Shown here piece by piece: positions 1 through 10,004 of a stretch of 64,000 nt of DNA. The notes beneath the pieces were generated by a model. It worked only from the letters and a program-made list of their open reading frames with translations, was not told where the DNA came from and searched no databases. This stretch comes from Thermomicrobiales bacterium (GTDB lineage Bacteria; Chloroflexota; Chloroflexia; Thermomicrobiales; UBA6265). Position 1 is the first letter of the stretch, and each line of letters opens with the position of its first letter. Where the stretch lies: NCBI GenBank assembly GCA_042408955.1, contig JBHOQQ010000172.1, forward strand, positions 12,798-76,797, in the 5' to 3' direction. Position numbers and translations under genes: made by a program.

Positions 1-591
<591 letters not shown>

Positions 592-680
592 CAGCGGATA
601 GAGCCACGCCGGCGCATTGGCAGGTGGCGCCGTGCCACCTACGATGAGCGGCGTGGCAGCAGAAACGAGGTACGGGAGGT

Positions 681-1139
681 ATGGCGAAGCTCCGGGTCGA
701 AATCGTGACCGGCGAGCGCGTGGTTTACACGGAGGACGATGTTGATATGGTGGTGGCGCCGGGTACGGATGGGTCGCTCGGCATCCTGCCGCGCCACGCA
801 CCACTCATCACGACGCTCTCCGCGGGGGAGCTTCGGGTCAAGAAGGGTGGCCGGGAGCAGTCGCTCGTCGTATTTGGCGGCTTCATGGAAGTAACACCCG
901 ATAAGGTCGTCGTGCTGGCCGACACTGCTGAGCGGGCAGAGGAGATTGACCTGGCCCGCGCCGAAGCCGCGCGGCGCCGGGCAGAAGAGTCGATCGCTAA
1001 GCGCCAGTCTGCCATCGAGCTCGCACAAGCCGAGGCGGCATTGCGCCGTGCATCGATCCGGCTGCGTGTCGGGCAACGGCGGCAGACGGGTCGTACCCGT
1101 GTTCCTGGGGTCGGCGAAGGCACGGGCAGCGAGGTATAG
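681..1139 (+). CDS. atpC: F1 ATP synthase epsilon subunit
   Basis: MAKLRVEIVTGERVVYTEDDVDMVVAPGTDGSLGILPRHAPLIT...VFGGFMEV shows the epsilon beta-sandwich, followed by a helical AERAEEID...AEAALRRA tail. Lies directly downstream of atpD. Has a short Arg/Gly-rich C-terminal extension. Confidence 0.9.
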   Translation: MAKLRVEIVTGERVVYTEDDVDMVVAPGTDGSLGILPRHAPLITTLSAGELRVKKGGREQSLVVFGGFMEVTPDKVVVLADTAERAEEIDLARAEAARRRAEESIAKRQSAIELAQAEAALRRASIRLRVGQRRQTGRTRVPGVGEGTGSEV

Positions 1140-1235
1140 TGACCGCAATCGCCCCGCGCGCTGTCCGCGTGGGTGTTTGGGGTCGGGACATGGTCGGCCC
1201 GCCTCCGTGCACGAGCTTCCCGTCAGGAGCTACCA

Positions 1236-2576
1236 ATGGTGCTTGCTTCACGACCTGCCGCCGAGCGTTCTGGGATCACGACTGATGAGCTCCCAAGACG
1301 GCGCTGGCTCATCGAGGGCGGCGTATCGCTTCGCGGCGAGGTGACCATCAGTGGCGCCAAGAACGCGGCATTGCCGTTGCTGGCCGCGACGCTGCTGACA
1401 AAGGAAGAGTGCACCCTCTCCAATGTGCCAGATTTGTCCGATATCCGGACGATGATCGCACTCCTCCGCTCGCTCGGGGCCGAAGTCGAGTTTGAGCAAC
1501 GCAGCCGGCGGGTTCACGTCCGGGCCGCCGAGATCACGAGCACCGTAGCGCCGCCAGCGCTCGTTGGGAAAATGCGTGCCTCTTTCCTGGTGGCTGGCCC
1601 GCTGCTGGCGCGCTGCGGCGAGGTGACGGCATCAACCCCAGGGGGATGCCAGCTCGGGGCGCGGCCCGTGGACGTTGATGTCCGCGGTTTTCGCCAGATG
1701 GGTGCGGAAATTGAGGCAAACGACGAGCACATCGTGGCTCGCGCTAACGGGTTGCGCGGGGCGCACATCTATATGGATTATCCCAGCCACACCGGCACCG
1801 AGAATCTGCTGATGGCGGCCGTGCTGGCCGATGGACGAACGACCATCGTCAACGCGTCGTGCGAGCCGGAAATCGTGGCGCTTGGCAATATGCTGAACCG
1901 GATGGGCGCTCGCATCTCCGGCCTCGGTTCTCCGACACTCGTTATCGAGGGTGTGGATCGCTTACGCGGCGTGTCCGAATCGATCCTGCCGGACCGGCTG
2001 GAAGCGGGAACCTACGCGATCGCCGCGGCCCTCACGCGGGGTGAGGTGATGTTGCACCGGGTGCGGGAACCCGATCTCCTCCCCGTGCGCGCCAAGCTCG
2101 AAGAAGCGGGCGCAGAGGTTTGGTCCCGAGGTGAATCGCTCCTCGTGCGCGCTCGCCAGGAGTTGCGGGCAGTAGAAATCCAAACGCTGCCGTTCCCCGG
2201 CTTCCCGACGGATTGCCAAGCCGCCTTCGCCGTGCTCATGACACAGGCACGGGGCCGCTCCACGATCCGCGAGCGCGTGTTCGAGGATCGCCTACGCTAC
2301 ACCGATCAGCTCGTTGCCATGGGAGCCGACATCCGTGTCGAAAAATACGCTCCCAACAAGTACGGAACGAAGGCCGAAATCTTCGGTCCAACGCCCTTGC
2401 ACGGCACTCACGTGCGAGCACTGGACATTCGGGCTGGCGCAGGCCTCGTCTTGGCAGGGCTGATTGCCGATGGACTGACAGTCCTCTCAGACGTGTACCA
2501 CATTGACCGTGGTTACGAGGGGATGATCGGGAAACTGCGGGACTTGGGCGCCAAGATCGCCGAGACGAGTGCATGA
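1236..2576 (+). CDS. murA: UDP-N-acetylglucosamine 1-carboxyvinyltransferase
   Basis: ISGAKNAALPLLAATLL, PGGCQLGARPVDV (MurA active-site Cys loop) and FPGFPTDCQA. The ORF opens at 1173, but ATG 1236 (MVLASRP) fits the family length. Start is uncertain. Confidence 0.9.
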   Translation: MVLASRPAAERSGITTDELPRRRWLIEGGVSLRGEVTISGAKNAALPLLAATLLTKEECTLSNVPDLSDIRTMIALLRSLGAEVEFEQRSRRVHVRAAEITSTVAPPALVGKMRASFLVAGPLLARCGEVTASTPGGCQLGARPVDVDVRGFRQMGAEIEANDEHIVARANGLRGAHIYMDYPSHTGTENLLMAAVLADGRTTIVNASCEPEIVALGNMLNRMGARISGLGSPTLVIEGVDRLRGVSESILPDRLEAGTYAIAAALTRGEVMLHRVREPDLLPVRAKLEEAGAEVWSRGESLLVRARQELRAVEIQTLPFPGFPTDCQAAFAVLMTQARGRSTIRERVFEDRLRYTDQLVAMGADIRVEKYAPNKYGTKAEIFGPTPLHGTHVRALDIRAGAGLVLAGLIADGLTVLSDVYHIDRGYEGMIGKLRDLGAKIAETSA

Positions 2577-2665
2577 CATTTTACCAACCGGTGTCACTCC
2601 CTCCTGTGCTTTTGGCACAGCGTATGCATGGCCTGATAGCGTACAATGCCAGAGCAGGGACCGCG

Positions 2666-3088
2666 ATGTGGTCCACGCTTGGTGATGCCCGGGAGGGAAC
2701 CGTGCCTCCCCGAATCCTGATTGTTGACGATGAACCAGCGGTTGCAGACCTGATCGAGGCTGTGCTGCTTGGCGAAGGCTACACTGTGGCAATCGCACGG
2801 GATGGTGCGCAAGGCCTGATGCTTGCGCGTGACTGGAGTCCCGATCTTATCCTCATGGATGTGATGCTGCCGGGTGTGGACGGGGGAACGGCGATTCGCC
2901 GGCTGAAGAGTGATCCGGCCACGGCGGACATACCGATCGTGGCCATGTCCGCCGGCCGCAACATCCGTGAGCAGTCCGAAGAACTCACCGACGCCGATGC
3001 CGCGCTTTCGAAGCCGTTCGATATCGACGCGCTTCTCGCTCAAGTCGCCTTTCACTTGTCGCGGCGGCGAACTGAGAACGACTCCTAA
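2666..3088 (+). CDS. Single-domain response regulator (CheY-like receiver)
   Basis: ILIVDDEPAVADLIEAVL...DLILMDVMLPGVDGGTAIRRLK...PIVAMSA...SKPFDIDALL shows receiver-domain motifs and there is no output domain. The ORF opens at 2573; I prefer ATG 2666. Confidence 0.8.
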   Translation: MWSTLGDAREGTVPPRILIVDDEPAVADLIEAVLLGEGYTVAIARDGAQGLMLARDWSPDLILMDVMLPGVDGGTAIRRLKSDPATADIPIVAMSAGRNIREQSEELTDADAALSKPFDIDALLAQVAFHLSRRRTENDS

Positions 3089-3091
3089 CCA

Positions 3092-3859
3092 GTGACCCCG
3101 CACGCTGATCGCCCGTCTCCTGATGAACTCGGCGCTCGCTCGTGCCGGATTCTTGTCGCGATTCCCACCTACAACGAGCGGGAGAACCTCCCGGCGCTCG
3201 TCCGGCGAATCCTCAATCTTGGGCCGGACTATGCGGTTATTATCGCCGACGACAACTCCCCAGATGGCACCGGCGACGTGGCTGACCGGCTTGCGGCAGA
3301 GCACGCGGGCCGAGTGGCCGTTGTGCACCGGCCCAGCAAGCAGGGAATCGGTCCGGCGTACCGAGCCGCATTCACTCTTGCCTTGACGACACCAGCCGAG
3401 ATCATCGCGCAAATGGATGCCGATCATTCGCATGATCCGCGCGACTTGCCGCGCCTGGTCGAAGCCCTTTCGTGCGCCGATCTCGCGCTTGGCTCGCGAT
3501 ATGTGGCCGGCGGTAGCACGCACGGCTGGCCATTCTACCGGAAGCTCATAAGCCGGCTCGGTGGGCTGTATGCTCGCCTGGTGTTGGGCGTGCCGGTCGC
3601 TGATCTGACGAGCGGGTTCAAGGCGTATCGAAGGCAGGCATTGGAGGCGATCGCCCTTGATGCCATACGCTCCGATGGGTATTGTTTCCAAATCGAAACC
3701 ACCTATCGTGCGCTCCAACGAGGCTGCCGCGTTGTGGAAGTCCCGATCACGTTTGTCGATCGTGTCGCCGGTAAGTCGAAATTGTCGCGAAGGATTGTGT
3801 TGGAAGCGATGGTCGTCGTTTGGCGGCTGCGCTGGTCAGCCCTCCGCCGCCGTCTGTGA
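3092..3859 (+). CDS. GT2 polyprenol-phosphate mannosyl/glycosyltransferase (Dpm1/Ppm1-like)
   Basis: ILVAIPTYNERENLPALV...VIIADDNSPDGTGDVA...VVHRPSKQGIGPAY...DADHSHDP...SGFKAYRR. GTG start lies 3 nt after the preceding stop. Confidence 0.8.
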   Translation: MTPHADRPSPDELGARSCRILVAIPTYNERENLPALVRRILNLGPDYAVIIADDNSPDGTGDVADRLAAEHAGRVAVVHRPSKQGIGPAYRAAFTLALTTPAEIIAQMDADHSHDPRDLPRLVEALSCADLALGSRYVAGGSTHGWPFYRKLISRLGGLYARLVLGVPVADLTSGFKAYRRQALEAIALDAIRSDGYCFQIETTYRALQRGCRVVEVPITFVDRVAGKSKLSRRIVLEAMVVVWRLRWSALRRRL

Positions 3860-5065
3860 TCTTTCCGGCTTGCGGTGCCGGTCCGAGAGCGCTCGCTCAA
3901 TTTCCTTGTCCAGTTCCTGGAGGAACCGCTGCTTGCTAAAGCGCGCCGCGTTGGCCATTGCGCGCTCCGGATCCCAGCGCCGTTGCGCGAATTCCATCAC
4001 CGTGTCCGCGAGACAGGAGGCCGTGGGACGCGAGAAGTGCAGCCCGGTCTCGCCGGGAATGATTGATTCGAGTGCGCCTCCGGCGCCATAGGCGATCACC
4101 GGGCGTCCAGCCGCTTGCGCCTCGATAGCGGTGAGTCCAAAGTCTTCGGCGCCTGGGAGAATCAGGGCACGGCACCGGCGCAGGTGCTCGATAACCGCCG
4201 CGTCATCCAGCGCGCCGACAAACTCGATCGTGGGGCCGGCCCGGCGACGCAGATCCTCCATGGCCCGGCCGGTACCGATGATCTTCAACGGCAATTTCAG
4301 GACATTAAAGGCGTCAATCGCCACGTCGACTCGTTTGTGGGGCACGAGCCGGGAAACGACCAGATACCAATCCTCAGGAGGCTCGATGCGCGCTGGCGCA
4401 AGACGCGAAGTATCCACCGGGGGATAGATGACGGTGGCCTCTCGGCCATACGCCTGAAGTATCCGCTGCCGGACATTGCAAGAATTCGCAATGTAGCGAT
4501 CGACGCGGCGCGCCGCCTGGGCATCACCCCGACGAAGCCAGGCAAAGAGAGGACCGGTCACCAGGCGCACAGGAGCTGGAATGCGGGCGGGCGCCAAGTA
4601 GTCAGGATCGCCATACAGAAACCGCGCGGGACTGTGACAATAACAGATCAGGACGGCATCGGGTCGGACGCGCACGTGATGCGACCAGGCGCTGGAGTCG
4701 GCAATAATGAGATCGAACGGCTCAAGCGCTCGGGCAAACCAGCGGAAAGCCGTTGGATAGAGCGGCAGCAGCAGCCGGTGATTTTGGCTTGCCCACGGCA
4801 CCTTCCCGAGGAAGCTCTCCTGAATGTCCCATTGCCGGTAGTGCGGCGGCAGCGCAGTAAGGTCGAGGAGCGACGTAAAGACGGGCGCGTCGGGGAATCG
4901 CTCGTGAAGCACGTCAAGGACGCGCTCAGCGCCACCGTACTGGGTAAGATAGTCATGGACGAGTGCGACGCGAGCCAATTCCCCAAGCTCCGCTCGGGCC
5001 GTGTTGCCGGCCACCCACTGCCCAGAAATCGGAGTATAGTCAGGATTGCGCGGGATGACTGACAT
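3836..5065 (-). CDS. GT4 (group 1) glycosyltransferase
   Basis: VALVHDYLTQYGGAERV near the N-terminus and the EX7E-type motif LPGAEDFGLTAIEAQAAGRPVIA. The 3' end overlaps the convergent GT2 gene by 24 nt. Start is either ATG 5065 or GTG 5083. Confidence 0.8.
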   Translation of the reverse strand: MSVIPRNPDYTPISGQWVAGNTARAELGELARVALVHDYLTQYGGAERVLDVLHERFPDAPVFTSLLDLTALPPHYRQWDIQESFLGKVPWASQNHRLLLPLYPTAFRWFARALEPFDLIIADSSAWSHHVRVRPDAVLICYCHSPARFLYGDPDYLAPARIPAPVRLVTGPLFAWLRRGDAQAARRVDRYIANSCNVRQRILQAYGREATVIYPPVDTSRLAPARIEPPEDWYLVVSRLVPHKRVDVAIDAFNVLKLPLKIIGTGRAMEDLRRRAGPTIEFVGALDDAAVIEHLRRCRALILPGAEDFGLTAIEAQAAGRPVIAYGAGGALESIIPGETGLHFSRPTASCLADTVMEFAQRRWDPERAMANAARFSKQRFLQELDKEIERALSDRHRKPERSQTAAEG

Positions 5066-5125
5066 GCACGGGTGTGAGTGCACGATGCAGCATCGGGGCG
5101 AGTCGCGGGACGGAGGGCGAGAGAA

Positions 5126-5389
5126 ATGACGTTGGACACCGTGTCGCTGGAGGAAGCTCGCGCTCTCGCGTTAGCCGCGCAAGGTCTGGCATCCGCCTTG
5201 CCAGGCGTTGCTCCCACCGTGGAAGGAGAGCATCGGACCTTTGTCCGGCGAAATCTGGTTGTACCGGGTGTGGCCACTCCGAGTATGTCCGCGGACCATG
5301 CATCGAGTGCAGCGCGTAAGCCGCGCGGTGCCAAGTGCCTGGCGAATCATGGCAATGCCGCAGCACCCAACGAGCATGGCGCCGGATGA
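5126..5389 (+). CDS. Small hypothetical ORF (87 aa), possibly a remnant of a YcaQ/DUF1006-like gene
   Basis: ATG 5126 lies 8 nt after GGAGGG. Its TGA (5387-5389) overlaps the rnz ATG (ATGA). The N-terminus MTLDTVSLEEARALALAAQGL recalls YcaQ-family starts; the rest is low complexity. Confidence 0.25.
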   Translation: MTLDTVSLEEARALALAAQGLASALPGVAPTVEGEHRTFVRRNLVVPGVATPSMSADHASSAARKPRGAKCLANHGNAAAPNEHGAG

Positions 5390-6324
5390 TCGACGTTCTG
5401 CTGCTTGGCACGGGTGGAATGATCCCTCTTCCGAACCGGTGGCTGTCTGCCCTGCTTGTCCGGAGCGGTGGGGAGCTTGTGCTGTTTGACTGCGGCGAAG
5501 GTACACAAATTCCCTGGCGGATGTTCGGCTGGGGATTTCGCCGCCTATCGGTCATCTGCTTGTCTCACTGGCACGCCGACCATGTTGCCGGGTTGCCAGG
5601 ATTGATGCACGCGGTGGCGAACGCCGGTCGAACTGAGCCGATGCGCATTTACGGCCCACCTGAGACGCGCCGCGTTGTGTCTGGCCTCCGGCAGATCGCC
5701 CCTGTGCTTCCCTATCCGGTCGAGGTGATCGAGCTTGAAGGGGGTGCGTCGTTTGCCTTGCCGGGCGGTTGCCGAGCCAGCACCCTCTGGGGAGAGCACC
5801 ATGTGCCGTGCTTGGCCTATCGCGTGGATCGGCCTCGCGCCCCGCGCTTCGATGCGGCACGTGCGCTTGAGCTCGGTATCCCCGTTCAACTCTGGCGCCG
5901 GTTGCAAAACGGCGAAGCGGTGAGATGGGAGGGTGGCTACGCGGAGCCGGCTCAGGTGCTCGGGCCACCACGGCGCGGCATCGCCTTTGCCTATGTCACC
6001 GATACGCGCCCGGTGCCAGATCTCGTACCGTTTGTGGCTGGGGTCGATCTGCTCGTCTGCGAAGGCACCTACGGCAGCTCCGGCGACCTGCCGAAGGCAA
6101 TTCAGCATCAGCACATGACCTTTGCCGAGGCAGCGACGCTGGCGAGAGAAGCAGGCGCCGGGCAGCTCTGGCTGACGCATTTCAGCCCGTCGCTCGACAC
6201 GCCGGAGCAGTTCGCCGATGAGGCGGCAGCGATCTTCGCACGCGTGACCATCGGCTGGTCAGGACTGACGATGACGCTGAGCTATGAGCACGACGCGATT
6301 GAATCTGCTGGCCGCTCTGCATGA
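5386..6324 (+). CDS. rnz: Ribonuclease Z (MBL-fold tRNA 3' endonuclease)
   Basis: MIDVLLLGTGGMIPLPNRWLSALLV...LFDCGEGTQ...LSHWHADHVAGLPGL (HxHxDH motif)...THFSP. Confidence 0.85.
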   Translation: MIDVLLLGTGGMIPLPNRWLSALLVRSGGELVLFDCGEGTQIPWRMFGWGFRRLSVICLSHWHADHVAGLPGLMHAVANAGRTEPMRIYGPPETRRVVSGLRQIAPVLPYPVEVIELEGGASFALPGGCRASTLWGEHHVPCLAYRVDRPRAPRFDAARALELGIPVQLWRRLQNGEAVRWEGGYAEPAQVLGPPRRGIAFAYVTDTRPVPDLVPFVAGVDLLVCEGTYGSSGDLPKAIQHQHMTFAEAATLAREAGAGQLWLTHFSPSLDTPEQFADEAAAIFARVTIGWSGLTMTLSYEHDAIESAGRSA

Positions 6325-6672
6325 CGCTGGCGCGGGATCCTTCGCGCCGAGGGTCGGAAGGTGTGACCGGTTGAACCGGGCGCAGGGTGCGCAACGCTCC
6401 TGCCGGATGCGCGCCTAGCGACCTGCTCCCTCGCTACCATCGGGGCAAGGCTCAGGCAAGGGAGCCGGCGAAAGCCGGCTGCTCTGCTGGGGGAGAGAGA
6501 TCCCGTGCTGCGCACTCCTGCGCGATCGCGAACAGAATGCCAGATCGAGCCCCCTTCAGGGGGATTCGTTGTGCTCAGCGCGGGGACTTTAGTCTTGCGC
6601 GATGCCGGAGGTGCGCCCGCACTTGCGCGGGCCGAAAGACCCGCGCTCAACATACAAATCGCAAGGCCCGCG
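6325..6672. repeat. Mosaic cluster of GC-rich stem-loop repeats, including an inverted copy (6489-6543) of the ~47-nt unit seen at 58638-58684
   Basis: Hairpins: GGCGCG-N8-CGCGCC (6329-6348), CCGGT-TGA-ACCGG (6367-6379), AGCCGGC-GAAA-GCCGGCT (6463-6480), CCCCC-TTCA-GGGGG (6550-6563), GCGCGGG-N8-CCCGCGC (6625-6646). The same modules recur at 37441-37680 and 58788-58877. Confidence 0.75.
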
Positions 6673-8040
6673 CTACGCACCCGGGCTCGCTTCAGTATCG
6701 AGTGCTTGCTCGATGAACGCCCGAATAGCGTCAAGATCGCCCGTGTACACCCACCGTCCATCCTCGATGAATCCGCCTTGGAGCAATGGCTCACCGAGCG
6801 TGGTCAACCTAATGTCGTCCCGCTCAAACTCGCGGGCGAGGCGGGCCAGAGTCAACTGCTCTTCGAGTTGGAAGCTTGTTTGGACGGCATCGCCCACCGC
6901 AAGGATGATCTCATCCGCGCGAGTGACCGAGCGAAAGCTCTTGCCCTTATCAAAGATGGCTAGGAGCACATCGAGCTGTCGCTCGCGCCGGGCATCATCG
7001 CTATCAGCGTGGCGCGTGCGCACGTATTTCAGTGCCCGGTCGCCGTCCATGTGTTGCCGGCCAGGAGCAAATTCCACAACTTCAGTCCCGTAATCCTCGG
7101 TTGGGTACTGATCGTCATGAATCAGGTAGGGCACGTCAACCTCGATGCCGCCAAGGGCGTCGACCACGGTCTTGAAACCGTTGAAATCCACGAGGACATA
7201 GTGATCAATGGGCACGCGGAAAACTTGCTCGACCGTGTCGCGCACTTTCACGACGCCGGCAACGGGGTCGTCTGGCTTAGCTTGGTGGCCGTAGTTGTAG
7301 GAGCTATTGATCTTATCTGGTCCGAGGCCGGGAATTTCGACAAGCAGGTCGCGCGGAATGCTGACCGCGGCGAGCCGGCGATGAACGAGATCAAGGTGGG
7401 CCAAGATAATGACGTCCGCGTTCTGGTCGCCTCCATCCGGCCTGCGGTCCACACCAATGACGAGAATGTACAGGTCGGTTTTGCCCTGCCAAACAGCCGA
7501 GTGGGATGGATCGCCGTCGGCCATGCTCGCTTCGACGATGCGGCGCACAACATCCAAGCGCGAGGGCGAATCCGACTTGGCAGGTGGGCGAGCTGTCGGC
7601 GTAGGCGAGGGCGCAGAATTGACACGGGTCGCCGCTAGCGATTGGTCCGGTGCCTGCGTTGGTCTGTCTGGCGTGCGCTCATCCGTTGCGCTTGGGCCTA
7701 CCGTTGAGAAGGTGGTTGGCTGAGGCGTGGGTGATGGCGCAAGCGCGGCCGTTGCGGCCGGAGTGGTGGTCGCCTCGTTGCCGATGGTAAAGGCGACCTC
7801 GGTCTCTCGCGTCGGCAGGGGGACCACAGCAGCCTGCTCGGCATCGACGATGGCACTGACCACACGCCAGCTCTGAATGCCGAGCGCAACAACGGCCAAT
7901 GCCAAGACAAAGCCAACCGCGAGGGCGGGGCGACGCCGTCCGGAGCGCAGCGCGGGTCGAGGCGAGTTGTGCGGGGTCCTCTCGGGCGCAGCCGGAGGTG
8001 GCTCTGGATATGAGATGGCTTCTTCCTCCCTTCCTGGCAT
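6673..8040 (-). CDS. LytR-CpsA-Psr (LCP) family cell-envelope phosphotransferase
   Basis: N-terminal TM segment (ALAVGFVLALAVVALGI), a Pro/Thr-rich linker, then the LCP core ILVIGVDRRPDGGDQNADVIILAHLD...AVSIPRDL...KINSSYNYG...RTRHADSDDARRERQ. The ORF caller start at 8118 is TTG; I prefer ATG 8040. Confidence 0.85.
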   Translation of the reverse strand: MPGREEEAISYPEPPPAAPERTPHNSPRPALRSGRRRPALAVGFVLALAVVALGIQSWRVVSAIVDAEQAAVVPLPTRETEVAFTIGNEATTTPAATAALAPSPTPQPTTFSTVGPSATDERTPDRPTQAPDQSLAATRVNSAPSPTPTARPPAKSDSPSRLDVVRRIVEASMADGDPSHSAVWQGKTDLYILVIGVDRRPDGGDQNADVIILAHLDLVHRRLAAVSIPRDLLVEIPGLGPDKINSSYNYGHQAKPDDPVAGVVKVRDTVEQVFRVPIDHYVLVDFNGFKTVVDALGGIEVDVPYLIHDDQYPTEDYGTEVVEFAPGRQHMDGDRALKYVRTRHADSDDARRERQLDVLLAIFDKGKSFRSVTRADEIILAVGDAVQTSFQLEEQLTLARLAREFERDDIRLTTLGEPLLQGGFIEDGRWVYTGDLDAIRAFIEQALDTEASPGA

Positions 8041-8261
8041 GCAACATCGCCTGGATGCGGATGTGGGCACCTGCCGGGGTCGGGGCGCACCAGCGCATAG
8101 TTTACTTGGTGCAGTCAAGGACGGTCAGCATACTACCCGCTGGGGAACGCATGGCGCGTGCCACACGCCTCGTCATTTTTCGAGAGAATGCTGCTAGGAT
8201 GACGCACCAGCGGGGAAGGGCAGCGTCGGGAGGAAGCATTGCATACACACGGGAGTGGCAA

Positions 8262-10004
8262 ATGAGCGATCAGGTCGGGGTGCCAGTTCCGGGCGTGCCA
8301 GGGGTGGTCGTCGAGCGGAATGTTCCGTGTCGTGTCCGCGATGGGACGGTGCTGAGGGCTGATGTCTACCGGCCAGCGGGCACAGGGCCGTTCCCCGTGA
8401 TTCTCATTCGCTTGCCATACGATAAGACGCAGGCAGAGAATGTCGCTTACAGTCACCCATCATGGTACGCCCGCCACGGATACATCGTTGTCTGCCAAGA
8501 CACCCGGGGCCGCTATGCATCGGAGGGTGAGTGGTACCCCTTCCTCCACGAGGCGGAGGATGGCTACGACACGATCGAATGGGCGGCACGGTTGCCAGGA
8601 GCAAATGGGAAGGTCGGGATGTATGGGTTCTCCTATGCTGGAGCGACCCAGCTACTCCCCGCTGTGCTCCGGCCGCCGAGTCTGGTGACAATCTGCCCAG
8701 TGATGACCGGGTCGCAATATTACGAGGGCTGGACCTACAACCAGGGGGCGTTTGCGCTGGCGTTTGCGGCCTCTTGGGCGCTCAGCCTGGGCATTAACAA
8801 CGCCCAGCGGCGCGGTGATGATGAGGCAGTGCGGTCTTATTCCACGGCGTTCGCCAGCGCTCTCTCTTGGGATTGGTATCTACCGCTGAAGGATTTCCCA
8901 CCGCTGCGTGGACCCGATACCGCGTATTTCTTCGACTGGCTCGCCCATCCCACCTACGACGAGTATTGGCGACGCTGGAGCATTGACGAAGACTACAGCC
9001 GCATCACGACTCCCGCGCTTCACATCGCTGGTTGGTATGACATCTTTCTCAGTGGCACCGTGGCCAACTTCAAGGGTTTGCGCCGCTACGCTGGCACCGA
9101 AGAGGCACGCCGGGGACAGAAGCTGATCATTGGCCCCTGGTATCACATTCCTTGGCGGCCATTGGTTGGCAACGTCTCGGACAACGCGTCACCGAGTGTC
9201 ATAGACGATTGGCAATTGGCCTGGTTCGATCAATTCTTGAAGGGGAATTGGACCGGCGTGCTGGACTCGCCCGTCACGGTGTTTATCCTCGGCGAGGACC
9301 GGTGGCATGATGTGGACGATTGGCCACCGCCGCAGGCAACGCCGACCGCTTGGTATGTCCATTCGCGCGGGCGCGCCAATTCCGTATTCGGTGATGGCAC
9401 CCTCTCTCTCGATCCGCCATTAGATGAGCCAGCCGACGTGTTTACCTACGATCCCACCGTTCCCAATCTGAGCCAAGGAGGGCATTCCTGCTGCTTCCCT
9501 TGGGTGGCACCCATGGGTCCGGCCGATCAGGCGCCGAGTGAGCAATGGAACAGTGTCCTGGTGTACACCAGCGACCCGCTGACCGAAGACCTCGTGCTGC
9601 TCGGCGACGTGACCGTCCGGGTATTTGCCGCGACCACTGCCGCTGACACCGACTGGACCGCGCGCCTGTGCCGCGTCGATCCCAGCGGTGTCTCGATCAA
9701 TCTTCAGGAAGGGATCGTCCGGGCGCGCTATCGTACGTCCACCGTCCGCGGCGAGCCGATTCAGCCCAATCAAGTCTACGAGTATGAGATTCTTCTTGGG
9801 CCTGTGGGTGTTCGCATTCCCGCGGGACACCGATTGCGCCTGACCATTTCGAGCAGCGATTTTCCCCAGTGGGATCGCAATTTGAACACCGGTGGGGAGC
9901 TTGGAGCCGAAGGACCATCGCGAGCCGTGGTGGCAACTCAGACCGTGCTCCACGATGCCGCACATCCCACGCGGGTCATCCTGCCGGTCGTCCGGGAGCT
10001 GTGA
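8262..10004 (+). CDS. CocE/NonD family hydrolase (S15 X-Pro dipeptidyl-peptidase-like)
   Basis: VRDGTVLRADVYRP...PVILIRLPYDK..., nucleophile motif GMYGFSYAG, and a C-terminal jelly-roll segment ending LTISSSDFPQWDRNLNTG. The ORF opens at 7899; ATG 8262 is preceded by GGGAG. Confidence 0.85.
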   Translation: MSDQVGVPVPGVPGVVVERNVPCRVRDGTVLRADVYRPAGTGPFPVILIRLPYDKTQAENVAYSHPSWYARHGYIVVCQDTRGRYASEGEWYPFLHEAEDGYDTIEWAARLPGANGKVGMYGFSYAGATQLLPAVLRPPSLVTICPVMTGSQYYEGWTYNQGAFALAFAASWALSLGINNAQRRGDDEAVRSYSTAFASALSWDWYLPLKDFPPLRGPDTAYFFDWLAHPTYDEYWRRWSIDEDYSRITTPALHIAGWYDIFLSGTVANFKGLRRYAGTEEARRGQKLIIGPWYHIPWRPLVGNVSDNASPSVIDDWQLAWFDQFLKGNWTGVLDSPVTVFILGEDRWHDVDDWPPPQATPTAWYVHSRGRANSVFGDGTLSLDPPLDEPADVFTYDPTVPNLSQGGHSCCFPWVAPMGPADQAPSEQWNSVLVYTSDPLTEDLVLLGDVTVRVFAATTAADTDWTARLCRVDPSGVSINLQEGIVRARYRTSTVRGEPIQPNQVYEYEILLGPVGVRIPAGHRLRLTISSSDFPQWDRNLNTGGELGAEGPSRAVVATQTVLHDAAHPTRVILPVVREL

